Shown: in pieces, positions 41,901-56,629 of the stretch
Layout of the letters: every line of letters begins with the position of its first letter
Position numbering within the stretch: position 1 is the first letter of the stretch
Assembly: GCA_964016885.1 (NCBI GenBank)
Contig: OZ024740.1
Span: 319,114,001-319,178,000, forward strand
Source of the DNA: Eledone cirrhosa
Taxonomy: Eukaryota
Reading direction: 5' to 3'
Length of the DNA: 64,000 nt
Program-made: the position numbers and the translations under genes
Notes under the pieces: model-generated
Told to the model about the DNA's origin: nothing
Database searches by the model: none
Seen by the model: only the letters and a program-made list of their open reading frames with translations

Positions 41901-44900
41901 GACATTCTAACGACTCTACCAATTCGAAGTTTTTCTACTACAATACTCACAAAAAATAATCAAGGATTGTATCGTCTATTTCCACAACTTACATTCTATC
42001 TGACATTCTAACGACTCTACCAATTCGAAGTCTTTCTACTACAATACTAATTTTAATTATCCAGGATTGTCTCCTCTATTTCCACAACTTTCATATTATC
42101 TGAAATTCTAACGACTCTGCCAATTCGATGTCTTTCTACTACAATACTCACAACAAATAATCCAGGATTGTATAGTCTATTTCTACAACTTACATTCTAT
42201 CTGACATTCTAACGACTCTACCAATTCGAAGTCTTTCTGCTACAATACTCACAACAAATAATCCAGGATTGTCTCGTCTATTTCCACACCTTACATTCTA
42301 TCTGACATTCTAACGACTCTACCAATTCGAAGTCTTTCTACTACAATACTAACAACAAATAATCTAGGATTGTCTCGTCTATTTCCACAATTTACATTTT
42401 ATCTGACATTCTAACGACTCTACCAATTCGAAGTCTTTCTACTACAATACTCACAACAAATAATCCAGGATTGTCTCGTCTATTTACACAACTTACATTC
42501 TATCTGACATTCTAACGACTCTACCAAATTCGAAGTTTTTCTACTACAATACTCACAACAAATAATCAAGGATTGTATCGTCTATTTGCACAACTTACAT
42601 TCTATCTGACATTCTAACGACTCTACCAATTCGAAATCTTTCTACTACAATACTAACTTTAAACAATCCAGGATTGTCTCCCCTATTTCCACAACTTACA
42701 TTCTATCTGAAATTCTAACGACTCTACCAATTCGCTGTCTTTCTACTACAATACTAACAACAAATAATCTAGGATTGTCTCGTCTATTTCCACAACTTAC
42801 ATTCTATCTGATATTCGAAAGACTCTATCAATTCGAAGTCTATCTACTACAGTACTCACAACAAATAATCCAGGATCGTCACGTCTATTTCCACACCTTA
42901 CATTCTATCTGACATTCTAAAGACTCTACCCATTCGCTGTATTTCTACTACAATACTAACTTCAAATAATCCAGGATTGTCTCGTCTACTTCCACAACTT
43001 ACATTGTATCTGATATTCTAACGACTCTACGAATTCGAAGTCTTTCTACTACAATACTCACAACAAATAATCCAGGATTGTCTCGTCTATTTCCACACCT
43101 TACATTCTATCTGACATTCTAACGACTCTACCAATTCGCTGTATTTCTACTACAATACTCACAACAAATAATCCAGCATTGTCTCGTCTATTTCCACAAC
43201 TCACATTCTATCTGACATTCTAACGACTCTACCAATTCGAAGTCTTTCTACTACAATACTAACAACAAATAATCGAGGATTGTCTCGTCTATTTCCACAA
43301 TTTACATTTTATCTGACATTCTAACGACTCTACCAATTCGAAGTTTTTCTACTACAATACTCACAAAAAATAATCAAGGATTGTATCGTCTATTTCCACA
43401 ACTTACATTCTATCTGACATTCTAACGACTCTACCAATTCGAAGTCTTTCTACTACAATACTAATTTTAATTATCCAGGATTGTCTCGTCTATTTCCACA
43501 ACTTACCTTCTATCTGACATTCTAATGACTCTACCAATTCGCTGTCTTTCTACTACAATACTCACAACAAATAATCCATATTGTCTCGTCTATTTCCACA
43601 ACTTACATTCTATCTGACATTCAAACGACTCTATCAATTCGAAGTCTTTCTACTACAATACTAACGTCAAATAATCCAGGATTGTCTCGTCTATTTCCAC
43701 AACTTACTTTCTATCTGACATTCTAACGACTCTACCAATTCGCTGTATTTCTACTACAATACTCACAACAAATAATACAGCATTGTCTCGTCTATTTCCA
43801 CAACTCACATTCTATCTGATATTCTAACGACTCTACCAATTCGAAGTCTTTCTACTACAATACTAACAACAAATAATCTAGGATTGTCTCGTCTATTTCA
43901 ACAATTTACATTTTATCTGACATTCTAACGACTCTACCAATTCGAAGTCTTTCTACTACAATACTCACAACAAATAATCCAGGATTGTCTCGTCTATTTC
44001 CACAACTTACATTCTATCTGACATTCTAACGACTCTACCAATTCGAAGTTTTTCTACTACAATACTCACAAAAAATAATCAAGTATTGTATCGACTATTT
44101 CCACAACTTACATTCTATCTGACATTCTAACGACTCTACCAATTCGAAGTCTTTCTGCTACAATACTCACAACAAATAATCCAGGTTGCCTCGTTTATTT
44201 CCACACCTTACATTCTATCTGACATTCTAACGACTCTACCAATTCGCTGTAATTCTACTACAATACTAACGTCAAATAATCCAGGATTGTCTCGTCTATT
44301 TCCACAACTTACTTTCTATCTGACATTCTAACGACTCTACCAATTCGAAGTCTTTCTACTACAATACTAACAACAAATAATCTAGGATTGTCTCGTCTAT
44401 TTCCACAATTTACATTTTATCTGACATTCTAACGACTCTACCAATTCGAAGTTTTTCTACTACAATACTCACAAAAAATAATCAAGGATTGTATCGTCTA
44501 TTTCCACAACTTACATTCTATCTGACATTCTAACGACTCTACCAATTCGAAGTCTTTCTACTACAATACTAATTTTAATTATCCAGGATTGTCTCCTCTA
44601 TTTCCACAACTTACATATTATCTGAAATTCTAACGACTCTGCCAATTCGATGTCTTTCTACTACAATACTCACAACAAATAATCCAGGATTGTATAGTCT
44701 ATTTCTACAACTTACATTCTATCTGACATTCTAACGACTCTACCAATTCGAAGTCTTTCTGCTACAATACTCACAACAAATAATCCAGGATTGTCTCGTC
44801 TATTTCCACAATTTACATGTTATCTGACATTCTAACGACTCTACCAATTCGAAGTCTTTCTACTACAATACTCACAACAAATAATCCAGGATTGTCTCGT

Positions 44901-47900
44901 CTTTTTCCACAACTTACCTTCTATCTGACATTCTAATGACTCTACCAATTCGCTGTCTTTCTACTACAATACTCACAACAAATAATCCATATTGTCTCGT
45001 CTATTTCCACAACTTACATTCTATCTGACATTCAAACGACTCTATCAATTCGAAGTCTTTCTACTACAATACTAACGTCAAATAATCCAGGATTGTCTCG
45101 TCTATTTCCACAACTTAGTTTCTATCTGACATTCTAACGACTCTACCAATTCGCTGTATTTCTACTACAATACTCACAACAAATAATCCAGCATTGTCTC
45201 GTCTATTTCCACAACTCACATTCTATCTGACATTCTAACGACTCTACCAATTCGAAGTATTTCTGCTACAATACTAACAACAAATAATCCAGGATTGTCT
45301 CGTCTATTTCCACAACTTACATTCTATCTGACATTCTAACGACTCTACCAATTCGAAGTTTTTCTACTACAATACTCACAAAAAATAATCAAGTATTGTA
45401 TCGACTATTTCCACAACTTACATTCTATCTGACATTCTAACGACTCTACCAATTCGAAGTCTTTCTGCTACAATACTCACAACAAATAATCCAGGTTGCC
45501 TCGTTTATTTCCACACCTTACATTCTATCTGACATTCTAACGACTCTACCAATTCGCTGTAATTCTACTACAATACTAACGTCAAATAATCCAGGATTGT
45601 CTCGTCTATTTCCACAACTTACTTTCTATCTGACATTCTAACGACTCTACCAATTCGCTGTATTTCTACTACAATACTCTCAACAAATAAACCAGGATTG
45701 TCTCGTCTATTTCCACAACTTACATTCTATCTGACATACTAACGACTCTACCAATTCGAAGTCTTTCTACTACAATACTAAATTTAAACAATCCAGGATT
45801 GTCTCCTCTATTTCCACAACTTACATTCTATCTGACATTCTAATGACTCTACCAATTCGCTGTCTTTATACTACAATACTCACAACAAATAATCCATATT
45901 GTCTCGTCTATTTCCACAACTTACATTCTATCTGACATTCAATCGACTCTATCAATTCGAAGTCTTTCTACTACAATACTAACGTCAAATAATCCAGGAT
46001 TGTCTCGGCTATTTCCACAACTTACTTTCTATCTGACATTCTAACGACTCTACCAATTCGATGTCTTTCTACTACAATACTAATTTTAATTATCCAGGAT
46101 TGTCTCCTCTATTTCCACAACTTACATATTATTTGAAATTCTAACGACTCTACCAATTCGATGTCTTTCTACTACAATACTCACAACAAATAATCCAGGA
46201 TTGTATAGTCTATTTCTACAACTTACATTCTATCTGACATTCTAACGACTCTACCAATTCGAAGTCTTTCTGCTACAATACTCACAACAAATAATCCAGG
46301 ATTGTCTCGTCTATTTCCACACCTTACATTCTATCTGACATTCTAACGACTCTACCAATTCGCTGTATTTCTACTACAATACTCACAACAAATAATCCAG
46401 CATTGTCTCGTCTATTTCCACAACTCACATTCTATCTGACATTCTAACGACTCTACCAATTCGAAGTCTTTCTACTACAATACTAACAACAAATAATCTA
46501 GGATTGTCTCGTCTATTTCCACAATTTACATTTTATCTGACATTCTAACGACTCTACCAATTCGAAGTTTTTCTACTACAATACTCACAAAAAATAATCA
46601 ACGATTGTATCGTCTATTTCCACAACTTACATTCTATCTGACATTCTAACGACTCTACCAATTCGAAGTCTTTCTACTACAATACTAATTTTAATTATCC
46701 AGGATTGTCTCCTCTATTTCCACAACTTTCATATTATCTGAAATTCTAACGAATCTGCCAATTCGATGTCTTTCTACTACAATACTCACAACAAATAATC
46801 CAGGATTGTATAGTCTATTTCTACAACTTACATTCTATCTGACATTCTAACGACTCTACCAATTCGAAGTCTTTCTGCTACAATACTCACAACAAATAAT
46901 CCAGGATTGTCTCGTCTATTTCCACACCTTACATTCTATCTGACATTCTAACGACTCTACCAATTCGAAGTCTTTCTACTACAATACTAACAACAAATAA
47001 TCTAGGATTGTCTCGTCTATTTCCACAATTTACATTTTATCTGACATTCTAACGACTCTACCAATTCGAAGTCTTTCTACTACAATACTCACAACAAATA
47101 ATGCAGGATTGTCTCGTCTATTTCCACAACTTACATTCTATCTGACATTCTAACGACTCTACCAAATTCGAAGTTTTTCTACTACAATACTCACAACAAA
47201 TAATCAAGGATTGTATCGTCTATTTGCACAACTTACATTCTATCTGACATTCTAACGACTCTACCAATTCGAAATCTTTCTACTACAATACTAACTTTAA
47301 ACAATCCAGGATTGTCTCCCCTATTTCCACAACTTACATTCTATCTGACATTCTAACGACTCTACCAATTCGCTGTCTTTCTACTACAATACTAACAACA
47401 AATAATCTAGGATTGTCTCGTCTATTTCCACAACTTACATTCTATCTGATATTCGAACGACTCTATCAATTCGAAGTCTATCTACTACAGTACTCACAAC
47501 AAATAATCCAGGATTGTCACGTCTATTTCCACACCTTACATTCTATCTGACATTCTAAAGACTCTACCCATTCGCTGTATTTCTACTACAATACTAACTT
47601 CAAATAATCCAGGATTGTCTCGTCTACTTCCACAACTTACATTGTATCTGATATTCTAACGACTCTACGAATTCGAAGTCTTTCTACTACAATACTCACA
47701 ACAAATAATCCAGGATTGTCTCGTCTATTTCCACAACTTACCTTCTATCTGACATTCTAATGACTCTACCAATTCGCTGTCTTTCTACTACAATACTCAC
47801 AACAAATAATCCATATTGTCTCGTCTATTTCCACAACTTACATTCTATCTGACATTCAAACGACTCTATCAATTCGAAGTCTTTTTACTACAATACTAAC

Positions 47901-50900
47901 GTCAAATAATCCAGGATTGTCTCGTCTATTTCCACAAATTACTTTCTATCTGACATTCTAACGACTCTACCAATTCGAAGTCTTTCTGCTACAATACTCA
48001 CAACAAATAATCCAGGTTGCCTCGTTTATTTCCACAGCTTACATTCTATCTGACATTCTAACGACTCTACCAATTCGCTGTAATTCTACTACAATACTAA
48101 CGTCAAATAATCCAGGTTTGTCTCGTCTATTTCCACAACTTACTTTCTATCTGACATTCTAACGACTCTACCAATTCGAAGTCTTTCTACTACAATACTA
48201 ACAACAAATAATCTAGGATTGTCTCGTCTATTTCCACAATTTACATTTTATCTGACATTCTAACGACTCTACCAATTCGAAGTTTTTCTACTACAATACT
48301 CACAAAAAATAATCAAGGATTGTATCGTCTATTTCCACAACTTACATTCTATCTGACATTCTAACGACTCTACCAATTCGAAGTCTTTCTACTACAATAC
48401 TAATTTTAATTATCCAGGATTGTCTCCTCTATTTCCACAACTTACATATTATCTGAAATTCTAACGACTCTGCCAATTCGATGTCTTTCTACTACAATAC
48501 TCACAACAAATAATCCAGGATTGTATAGTCTATTTCTACAACTTACATTCTATCTGACATTCTAACGACTCTACCAATTCGAAGTCTTTCTGCTACAATA
48601 CTCACAACAAATAATCCAGGATTGTCTCGTCTATTTCCACACCTTACATTCTATCTGACATTCTAACGACTCTACCAATTCGAAGTCTTTCTACTACAAT
48701 ACTAACAACAAATAATCTAGGATTGTCTCGTCTATTTCCACAATTTACATGTTATCTGACATTCTAACGACTCTACCAATTCGAAGTATTTCTACTACAA
48801 TACTCACAACAAATAATCCAGGATTGTCTCGTCTATTTCCACAACTTACATTCTATCTGACATTCTAACGACTCTACCAAATTCGAAGTTTTTCTACTAC
48901 AATACTAACTTCAAATAATCCAGGATTGTCTCGTCTACTTCCACACCTTACATTCTATCTGACATTCTAAAGACTCTACCCATTCGCTGTATTTCTACTA
49001 CAATACTAACTTCAAATAATCCAGGATTGTCTCGTCTACTTCCACAACTTACATTGTATCTGATATTCTAACGACTCTACCAATTCGAAGTCTTTCTACT
49101 ACAATACTCACAACAAATAATCCAGGATTGTCTCGTCTATTTCCACAACTTACATTCTATCTGACATTCTAACGACTCTACCAATTCGAAGTTTTTCTAC
49201 TACAATACTCACAAAAAATAATCAAGTATTGTATCGACTATTTCCACAACTTACATTCTATCTGACATTCTAACGACTCTACCAATTCGAAGTCTTTCTG
49301 CTACAATACTCACAACAAATAATCCAGGTTACCTCGTTTATTTCCACACCTTACATTCTATCTGACATTCTAACGACTCTACCAATTCGCTGTAATTCTA
49401 CTACAATACTAACGTCAAATAATCCAGGATTGTCTCGTCTATTTCCACAACTTACTTTCTATCTGACATTCTAACGACTCTACCAATTCGAAGTCTTTCT
49501 ACTACAATACTAACAACAAATAATCTAGGATTGTCTCGTCTATTTCCACAATTTACATTTTATCTGACATTCTAACGACTCTACCAATTCGAAGTTTTTC
49601 TACTACAATACTCACAAAAAATAATCAAGGATTGTATCGTCTATTTCCACAACTTACATTCTATCTGACATTCTAACGACTCTACCAATTCGAAGTCTTT
49701 CTACTACAATACTAATTTTAATTATCCAGGATTGTCTCCTCTATTTCCACAACTTACATATTATCTGAAATTCTAACGACTCTGCCAATTCGATGTCTTT
49801 CTACTACAATACTCACAACAAATAATCCAGGATTGTATAGTCTATTTCTACAACTTACATTCTATCTGACATTCTAACGACTCTACCAATTCGAAGTCTT
49901 TCTGCTACAATACTCACAACAAATAATCCAGGATTGTCTCGTCTATTTCCACAATTTACATGTTATCTGACATTCTAACGACTCTACCAATTCGAAGTTT
50001 TTCTACTACAATACTCACAAAAAATAATCAAGGATTGTATCGTCTATTTCCACAACTTACATTCTATCTGACATTCTAACGACTCTACCAATTCGAAGTC
50101 TTTCTACTACAATACTAATTTTAATTATCCAGGATTGTCTCCTCTATTTCCACAACTTTCATATTATCTGAAATTCTAACGACTCTGCCAATTCGATGTC
50201 TTTCTACTACAATACTCACAACAAATAATCCAGGATTGTATAGTCTATTTCTACAACTTACATTCTATCTGACATTCTAACGACTCTACCAATTCGAAGT
50301 CTTTCTGCTACAATACTCACAACAAATAATCCAGGATTGTCTCGTCTATTTCCACACCTTACATTCTATCTGACATTCTAACGACTCTACCAATTCGAAG
50401 TCTTTCTACTACAATACTAACAACAAATAATCTAGGATTGTCTCGTCTATTTCCACAATTTACATTTTATCTGACATTCTAACGACTCTACCAATTCGAA
50501 GTCTTTCTACTACAATACTCACAACAAATAATCCAGGATTGTCTCGTCTATTTCCACAACTTACATTCTATCTGACATTCTAACGACTCTACCAAATTCG
50601 AAGTTTTTCTACTACAATACTCACAACAAATAATCAAGGATTGTATCGTCTATTTGCACAACTTACATTCTATCTGACATTCTAACGACTCTACCAATTC
50701 GAAATCTTTCTACTACAATACTAACTTTAAACAATCCAGGATTGTCTCCCCTATTTCCACAACTTACATTCTATCTGACATTCTAACGACTCTACCAATT
50801 CGCTGTCTTTCTACTACAATACTAACAACAAATAATCTAGGATTGTCTCGTCTATTTCCACAACTTACATTCTATCTGATATTCGAACGACTCTATCAAT

Positions 50901-53900
50901 TCGAAGTCTATCTACTACAGTACTCACAACAAATAATCCAGGATTGTCACGTCTATTTCCACACCTTACATTCTATCTGACATTCTAAAGACTCTACCCA
51001 TTCGCTGTATTTCTACTACAATACTAACTTCAAATAATCCAGGATTGTCTCGTCTACTTCCACAACTTACATTGTATCTGATATTCTAACGACTCTACGA
51101 ATTCGAAGTCTTTCTACTACAATACTAACAACAAATAATCTAGGATTGTCTCGTCTATTTCCACAATTTACATTTTATCTGACATTCTAACGACTCTACC
51201 AATTCGAAGTCTTTCTACTACAATACTCACAACAAATAATCCAGGATTGTCTCGTCTATTTCCACAACTTACATTCTATCTGACATTCTAACGACTCTAC
51301 CAATTCGAAGTTTTTCTACTACAATACTCACAAAAAATAATCAAGTATTGTATCGACTATTTCCACAACTTACATTCTATCTGACATTCTAACGACTCTA
51401 CCAATTCGAAGTCTTTCTGCTACAATACTCACAACAAATAATCCAGGTTGCCTCGTTTATTTCCACAGCTTACATTCTATCTGACATTCTAACGACTCTA
51501 CCAATTCGCTGTAATTCTACTACAATACTAACGTCAAATAATCCAGGATTGTCTCGTCTATTTCCACAACTTACTTTCTATCTGACATTCTAACGACTCT
51601 ACCAATTCGAAGTCTTTCTACTACAATACTAACAACAAATAATCTAGGATTGTCTCGTCTATTTCCACAATTTACATTTTATCTGACATTCTAACGACTC
51701 TACCAATTCGAAGTTTTTCTACTACAATACTCACAAAAAATAATCAAGGATTGTATCGTCTATTTCCACAACTTACATTCTATCTGACATTCTAACGACT
51801 CTACCAATTCGAAGTCTTTCTACTACAATACTAATTTTAATTATCCAGGATTGTCTCCTCGATTTCCACAACTTACATATTATCTGAAATTCTAACGACT
51901 CTGCCAATTCGATGTCTTTCTACTACAATACTCACAACAAATAATCCAGGATTGTATAGTCTATTTCTACAACTTACATTCTATCTGACATTCTAACGAC
52001 TCTACCAATTCGAAGTCTTTCTGCTACAATACTCACAACAAATAATCCAGGATTGTCTCGTCTATTTCCACACCTTACATTCTATCTGACATTCTAACGA
52101 CTCTACCAATTCGAAGTCTTTCTACTACAATACTAACAACAAATAATCTAGGATTGTCTCGTCTATTTCCACAATTTACATGTTATCTGACATTCTAACG
52201 ACTCTACCAATTCGAAGTATTTCTACTACAATACTCACAACAAATAATCCAGGATTGTCTCGTCTATTTCCACAACTTACATTCTATCTGACATTCTAAC
52301 GACTCTACCAAATTCGAAGTTTTTCTACTACAATACTAACTTCAAATAATCCAGGATTGTCTCGTCTACTTCCACACCTTACATTCTATCTGACATTCTA
52401 AAGACTCTACCCATTCGCTGTATTTCTACTACAATACTAACTTCAAATAATCCAGGATTGTCTCGTCTACTTCCACAACTTACATTGTATCTGATATTCT
52501 AACGACTCTACGAATTCGAAGTCTTTCTACTACAATACTCACAACAAATAATCCAGGATTGTCTCGTCTATTTCCACAACTTACCTTCTATCTGACATTC
52601 TAATGACTCTACCAATTCGCTGTCTTTCTACTACAATACTCACAACAAATAATCCATATTGTCTCGTCTATTTCCACAACTTACATTCTATCTGACATTC
52701 AAACGACTCTATCAATTCGAAGTCTTTTTACTACAATACTAACGTCAAATAATCCAGGATTGTCTCGTCTATTTCCACAAATTACTTTCTATCTGACATT
52801 CTAACGACTCTACCAATTCGCTGTATTTCTACTACAATACTCACAACAAATAATCCAGCATTGTCTCGTCTATTTCCACAACTCACATTCTATCTGACAT
52901 TCTAACGACTCTACCAATTCGAAGTCTTTCTACTACAATACTAACAACAAATAATCTAGGATTGTCTCGTCTATTTCCACAATTTACATTTTATCTGACA
53001 TTCTAACGACTCTACCAATTCGAAGTCTTTCTACTACAATACTCACAACAAATAATCCAGGATTGTCTCGTCTATTTCCACAACTTACATTCTATCTGAC
53101 ATTCTAACGACTCTACCAATTCGAAGTTTTTCTACTACAATACTCACAAAAAATAATCAAGTATTGTATCGACTATTTCCACAACTTACATTCTATCTGA
53201 CATTCTAACAACTCTACCAATTCGAAGTCTTTCTGCTACAATACTCACAACAAATAATCCAGGTTGCCTCGTTTATTTCCACAGCTTACATTCTATCTGA
53301 CATTCTAACGACTCTACCAATTCGCTGTAATTCTACTACAATACTAACGTCAAATAATCCAGGATTGTCTCGTCTATTTCCACAACTTACTTTCTATCTG
53401 ACATTCTAACGACTCTACCAATTCGAAGTCTTTCTACTACAATACTAACAACAAATAATCTAGGATTGTCTCGTCTATTTCCACAATTTACATTTTATCT
53501 GACATTCTAACGACTCTACCAATTCGAAGTTTTTCTACTACAATACTCACAAAAAATAATCAAGGATTGTATCGTCTATTTCCACAACTTACATTCTATC
53601 TGACATTCTAACGACTCTACCAATTCGAAGTCTTTCTACTACAATACTAATTTTAATTATCCAGGATTGTCTCCTCTATTTCCACAACTTACATATTATC
53701 TGAAATTCTAACGACTCTGCCAATTCGATGTCTTTCTACTACAATACTCACAACAAATAATCCAGGATTGTATAGTCTATTTCTACAACTTACATTCTAT
53801 CTGACATTCTAACGACTCTACCAATTCGAAGTCTTTCTGCTACAATACTCACAACAAATAATCCAGGATTGTCTCGTCTATTTCCACACCTTACATTCTA

Positions 53901-54200
53901 TCTGACATTCTAACGACTCTACCAATTCGAAGTCTTTCTACTACAATACTAACAACAAATAATCTAGGATTGTCTCGTCTATTTCCACAATTTACATGTT
54001 ATCTGACATTCTAACGACTCTACCAATTCGAAGTCTTTCTACTACAATACTCACAACAAATAATCCAGGATTGTCTCGTCTATTTCCACAACTTACATTC
54101 TATCTGACATTCTAACGACTCTACCAAATTCGAAGTTTTTCTACTACAATACTAACTTCAAATAATCCAGGATTGTCTCGTCTACTTCCACAACTTACAT
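39000..54200 (+). repeat. Irregular higher-order repeats (30-, 46-, 34- and 18-monomer offsets)
   Basis: tgcaca variant at 39561/42587/47225/50655 (offsets 3026, 4638, 3430); taaatttaaac at 41141/45779 (4638); aagtattgtatcgact at 51343/53159 (1816). Confidence 0.75.
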
Positions 54201-56629
54201 TGTATCTGATATTCTAACGACTCTACGAATTCGAAGTCTTTCTACTACAATACTCACAACAAATAATCCAGGATTGTCTCGTCTATTTCCACAACTTACC
54301 TTCTATCTGACATTCTAATGACTCTACCAATTCGCTGTCTTTCTACTACAATACTCACTACAAATAATCCATATTGTCTCGTCTATTTCCACAACTTACA
54401 TTCTATCTGACATTCAAACGACTCTATCAATTCGAAGTCTTTCTACTACAATACTAACGTCAAATAATCCAGGATTGTCTCGTCTATTTCCACAACTTAC
54501 TTTCTATCTGACATTCTAACGACTCTACCAATTCGAAGTCTTTCTACTACAATACTAACAACAAATAATCTAGGATTGTCTCGTCTATTTCCACAATTTA
54601 CATTTTATCTGACATTCTAACGACTCTACCAATTCGAAGTCTTTCTACTACAATACTCACAACAAATAATCCAGGATTGTCTCGTCTATTTCCACAACTT
54701 ACATTCTATCTGACATTCTAACGACTCTACCAATTCGAAGTTTTTCTACTACAATACTCACAAAAAATAATCAAGTATTGTATCGACTATTTCCACAACT
54801 TACATTTTATCTGACATTCTAACGACTCTACCAATTCGAAGTCTTTCTGCTACAATACTCACAACAAATAATCCAGGTTGCCTCGTTTATTTCCACACCT
54901 TACATTCTATCTGACATTCTAACGACTCTACCAATTCGCTGTAATTCTACTACAATACTAACGTCAAATAATCCAGGATTGTCTCGTCTATTTCCACAAC
55001 TTACTTTCTATCTGACATTCTAACGACTCTACCAATTCGCTGTATTTCTACTACAATACTCTCAACAAATAAACCAGGATTGTCTCGTCTATTTCCACAA
55101 CTTACATTCTATCTGACATACTAACGACTCTACCAATTCGAAGTCTTTCTACTACAATACTAACTTTAAACAATCCAGGATTGTCTCCTCTATTTCCACA
55201 ACTTACATTCTATCTGACATTCTAATGACTCTACCAATTCGCTGTCTTTATACTACAATACTCACAACAAATAATCCATATTGTCTCGTCTATTTCCACA
55301 ACTTACATTCTATCTGACATTCAAACGACTCTATCAATTCGAAGTCTTTCTACTACAATACTAACGTCAAATAATCCAGGATTGTCTCGTCTATTTCCAC
55401 AACTTACTTTCTATCTGACATTCTAACGACTCTACCAATTCGCTGTATTTCTACTACAATACTCACAACAAATATTCCAGCATTGTCTCGTCTATTTCCA
55501 CAACTCACATTCTATCTGACATTCTAACGACTCTACCAATTCGAAGTCTTTCTACTACAATACTAACAACAAATAATCTAGGATTGTCTCGTCTATTTCC
55601 ACAATTTACATTTTATCTGACATTCTAACGACTCTACCAATTCGAAGTCTTTCTACTACAATACTCACAACAAATAATCCAGGATTGTCTCGTCTATTTC
55701 CACAACTTACATTCTATCTGACATTCTAACGACTCTACCAATTCGAAGTTTTTCTACTACAATACTCACAAAAAATAATCAAGTATTGTATCGACTATTT
55801 CCACAACTTACATTCTATCTGACATTCTAACGACTCTACCAATTCGAAGTCTTTCTGCTATAATACTCACAACAAATAATCCAGGTTGCCTCGTTTATTT
55901 CCACACCTTACATTCTATCTGACATTCTAACGACTCTACCAATTCGCTGTAATTCTACTACAATACTAACGTCAAATAATCCAGGATTGTCTCGTCTATT
56001 TCCACAACTTACTTTCTATCTGACATTCTAACGACTCTACCAATTCGCTGTATTTCTACTACAATACTCTCAACAAATAAACCAGGATTGTCTCGTCTAT
56101 TTCCACAACTTACATTCTATCTGACATACTAACGACTCTACCAATTCGAAGTCTTTCTACTACAATACTAACTTTAAACAATCCAGGATTGTCTCCTCTA
56201 TTTCCACAACTTACATTCTATCTGACATTCTAATGACTCTACCAATTCGCTGTCTTTATACTACAATACTCACAACAAATAATCCATATTGTCTCGTCTA
56301 TTTCCACAACTTACATTCTATCTGACATTCAAACGACTCTATCAATTCGAAGTCTTTCTACTACAATACTAACGTCAAATAATCCAGGATTGTCTCGTCT
56401 ATTTCCACAACTTACTTTCTATCTGACATTCTAACGACTCTACCAATTCGATGTCTTTCTACTACAATACTAATTTTGATTATCCAGGATTGTCTCCTCT
56501 ATTTCCACAACTTACATATTATTTGAAATTCTAACGACTCTACCAATTCGATGTCTTTCTACTACAATACTCACAACAAATAATCCAGGATTGTATAGTC
56601 TATTTCTACAACTTACATTCTATCTGACA